Below the pieces are notes generated by a model. That model had not been told where the DNA came from and did not search any database. It saw nothing but the letters and a program-made list of their open reading frames with translations. A stretch of 51,806 bases of DNA. Source: Girardia tigrina (lineage: Eukaryota). The stretch is from the NCBI GenBank assembly GCA_001938485.1, contig MQRK01246028.1, positions 1 to 51,806 on the forward strand, in the 5' to 3' direction. Positions 48,382 through 51,806 of this stretch are shown here, piece after piece; the first letter of the stretch is position 1; each line of letters begins with the position of its first letter. A program made the translations under genes and the position numbers.

Positions 48382-50915
48382 TAAATATAGTAACAACATT
48401 GGTGTTATTACAATTATTATGTAAAAAAATGAAGCATGACATTTTTGGTTAGGCAGTTTCGGAACCAGAACAGTTCGGTATGGCTGTTAAAATAACCTCA
48501 TAATCAACGTAATATATTTTATTATTTTTGTTCCGTACGAACACGAATACATTCGCGATAAATAAACTTTCACAAAATCACTGACAACAACAATGACGCG
48601 TTTAAACAATGCTAAATAAAACAATAATTATAAAGTACAAACATAAACATACTTATCAATCACCCTGTATATATTAACTCCCTATTTTAAAATACCAAAA
48701 AAATTATTTCAAGTGCCGTAATGTTTCTAAAATGTTATAAATATCTTATTTAATGCATGACAATTTAATCTATGCTCTCGTTTTCTTTTAGATTTTGTTT
48801 TGAGAATTTGTTTTAACTAATTTGTTTGAAATTTCAAAACCCTACAAAATTGGTTAGACGTACTACACCAAATGAACGTTCCCAGATAGCTGCACGTTAT
48901 GAAGTTTGGAGATACATTGTTCAAGATTGGGAAGAACCATTACGGAAAACATGCTAAAATTATTTTTCTTCCAGTTTCACTATACTTCTTCAAAGCAGCA
49001 CTATTTGAGAGAATTTTTTTTCATTTTTTCCCATTTATGAAACTTCGATGAATCGTAAATATGGTTGTCAAAGAATGAAAGTATACACTCCTTTCTATAT
49101 GGTGTTTCCTTGATCTATATATGTTAAGACTTCTTAAATGTAAAAGTTTTTTAATCATATTAATGGTGGTAAAAACTTATAAATTAAAAAGACATTAATT
49201 CTGTATATTCGAGCAAAATTATTATCAATTGTATTAATCTTTTTGCATAATTAAATTATCTGAATAACTTTTATTGACAATATTGGTTAAGGTACAAGTT
49301 GAGGCCTAATGAAACGTTTATGAGTTATTTGTTAAATCCATTTTTAAATAAATTCATGATACCCTAAATTTGGTGCCGCGAACCGGGACCAAAAAATCAT
49401 GTGCGCGTTTTCTTTTTAATAATTAATTAATAAGCAAATTTTATTTATTGATTTTTTTGTTTTTTTATTTTTATGGTTTTTGTATTTTAAATAGCATTAA
49501 ACAAATAGATTACTTAAAAAAATTAATATTTTTATCTTAGTATTTACTTTTATGATGTGAGAAGCCTAGAAAATTATGTTTCGATTTTTCAAATTATTTT
49601 TTGTTAAAATTCTTTATTTATATTATATTTGTATTTATTCAAAAATAAAATTTACTCACATAGACATGATGTATTTATAGATTATATGAAAAATAAAGTT
49701 TAAATTTAAAGATTGATCGATAAATCGATCACAAAATAAAGAATTTATAATTATTAAACTATTAAACTCCCTCAGATGCCGGATTGATGCATTATACATC
49801 GTTAAAGAGGAATTTCATTGTATGTATGCCAACATTGATTAACTTATTTTTTAATATATTCAAATTTGAAGATTTGTAATTCGTTCTCAATCAGCTAAAA
49901 TTAGTTGCGGATCACTTACGATAAATCTAAAATTACTTAAATTTGTTGCGAAATAATTGTAACTTTATTTATTCTATTTCATCTATCAAAAATTATTCAT
50001 TTGATAATTGCAAGTCAGCATTATCGACGATAAAATATTGTTTGTCCCGAATTAATCAATTCGATTGTGAGTATATTTCTTATTTCTAATTTGAGTCTTT
50101 CCTCATACGGGTTCGAAGGATTGATCTATCTATTATTAATTGTGTGTCACTTTTGATATCTCTATTTAGTATATTTTGTGTTAAATTAATTGTTAAATAT
50201 TATTTCGATATCTAAATTAATGTTATTTATCTTATTTTCTCATTAATAATCCATAACAATATCAATTAAAGTAAAATTCATTGACTGACTTCATTAGTCT
50301 ACTAGTATTCCTTTGCCGTTCTTAACTGCAAGTGCCAAAACTAAGAAATGCTTTTCAGGGAAAAATTTATTTGCATAGTGGCAAGGAAATTTTTTATTGC
50401 GGCCAAACTGCATGTGGTTGAAATGTTTGGTGGTTGTCCAGAAATTTGAGTATTTTATACCCTATTTAGAAAGAAATAATAACCTTTTTATGGCCATCAT
50501 TATTTGCCAATTGTTGCAGTACCATATTTTCGGTATCTGTATAATATCTTAGCAGCGGAAATTGTTAATATCATTTATCGAGCCAAAAGAAATTATAGGG
50601 ATCTACGATCCTGTCTATATCTATAAAGGTAATTATACAAAGAAATAATGAAAACGGATGTGCGAAAATCAAGAACTTATGATTTTTTCCCATTTCTTTA
50701 GTCTCCACTCGAATTTTGAGATACAAATTCTACTGCAGACTCTGTGACAACTGATGATGCTAATATAATATTCGACAGGTTTTCGAACATATTTAAATGA
50801 TTTGAATCTTAATTTCGCAACTATAGATTTAAATTCAATATTTGTATGAATGCTTTGGGTTTTTTCTGCATGTATTATTGTATGTTTGTGTGTAATTTTT
50901 TCGAATACCACTTTC

Positions 50916-51806
50916 AGTGAGGAGAGTATTGTCACGACCCTTTTGTTCACAACATTTTAAGTGCTCGGAGCCCCCAGTGGTTGGTTAAGGGTCAACCACA
51001 ACCCAGTATTACTTTATTACTCAATTATAACTCTGCGCATTACTTGTTCTATTATAGGGTCGGACGCCTCTTCTCGCTCGACATCTGCCTGGCAGTGCTG
51101 AGTCTGAAGGGCCTGCGGGTTCGGATAAAGATGGGATGGACTATGGGCCCCCCACCTAGCGGAGTGTCGCTCGAGGATGATTTATGTTTTATTTTTATGT
51201 AGCATGAGACTTACGGCAATGTTATAACTGCGTGCGACTTAATGCATCGGTTTTTTATGTTCTATTAACTTGCGGCACTGTGTATGTCGTTGCGTAACTA
51301 GAAGAAGTATTGTATTAGGGTACATTGTCATCATGTCGTATAGGGACTATCATCAGCTATTGATATTCGTTGTCGTACTATTAGAGAATCGACAGTCAGT
51401 AACAGCTTTATATAACTCCATTCAATCTATTGCGGGTCTATAACTCGCTGAATTTCTAAACCTCCGCTAGTCCGTCCCCATTATATGTTTAGGACAAGGT
51501 TATCCGTAGGTAAATCCTTCACGGTTCACGTTAACTATTTTACTTTACCGATTCCCTTAAAGTCAGTATCGGGATAAAATAACGGACAATTGTTAGAAAT
51601 AAACTTTCAACGGTACTCATTACCTATGGTTGTAGATCATTTATAAAATCGCTGCTGACAAAATAAATTTCAATTTAAAATTTCCATTTCTAAGAGAAAC
51701 CACACGGTTATAAATTATAAATTTAAGAAGAATTGTTACTGATTTAATTACTATACTCTATCCTCAAATAAATAGTACGAATTTTAATTCCAAATTTGAT
51801 CAATTG
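50916..51806 (+). mobile_element. Polypurine tract and start of a 3' LTR (probably continues toward or past the window end)
   Basis: AGTGAGGAGAG directly before TGTCACGACCC (50930). Homologous in reverse to 19600-19946. Confidence 0.75.

Noticed and set aside
51003-51012. Circovirus-like nonamer CAGTATTAC (also AAGTATTAC at ~3881)
   Set aside because: No flanking stem; lies in LTR or AT-rich DNA.

Overview
Very AT-rich eukaryotic (animal-like) scaffold with five assembly gaps (12385-13330, 17173-18049, 19947-20451, 25773-25822, 33928-34072). Composition, a ~44-nt intron, TTAGGG repeats and the transposon spectrum would fit a planarian flatworm, but the sequence does not prove this. No ordinary multi-exon host gene is recognisable. 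Most of the window is decayed, nested transposons: three hAT remnants, pogo/Tigger, two Tc1/IS630-type remnants, a Ty3/Gypsy gag-pol, several TG...CA LTR-like pieces, a Penelope-like RT fragment and a Helitron. The unusual part is ~25.2-36.6 kb, a run of compact virus-style genes. It holds a (TA)n-flanked DEDDh (REX4/ISG20-like) exonuclease cassette with TQT motifs, an intron-containing geminivirus/CRESS-type Rep SF3-helicase fragment, a stand-alone DWNN fragment, an intact intronless minimal TBP-like gene, an ankyrin-repeat gene and a possible SSB-like ORF. Perfect palindromes, iteron-like repeats and long hairpins lie between these genes. I interpret this as remnants of an endogenous virus-like or rolling-circle element family. 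Whether the genes belong to one element cannot be shown from this window alone. All protein assignments are by-eye motif recognition; no searches were run.
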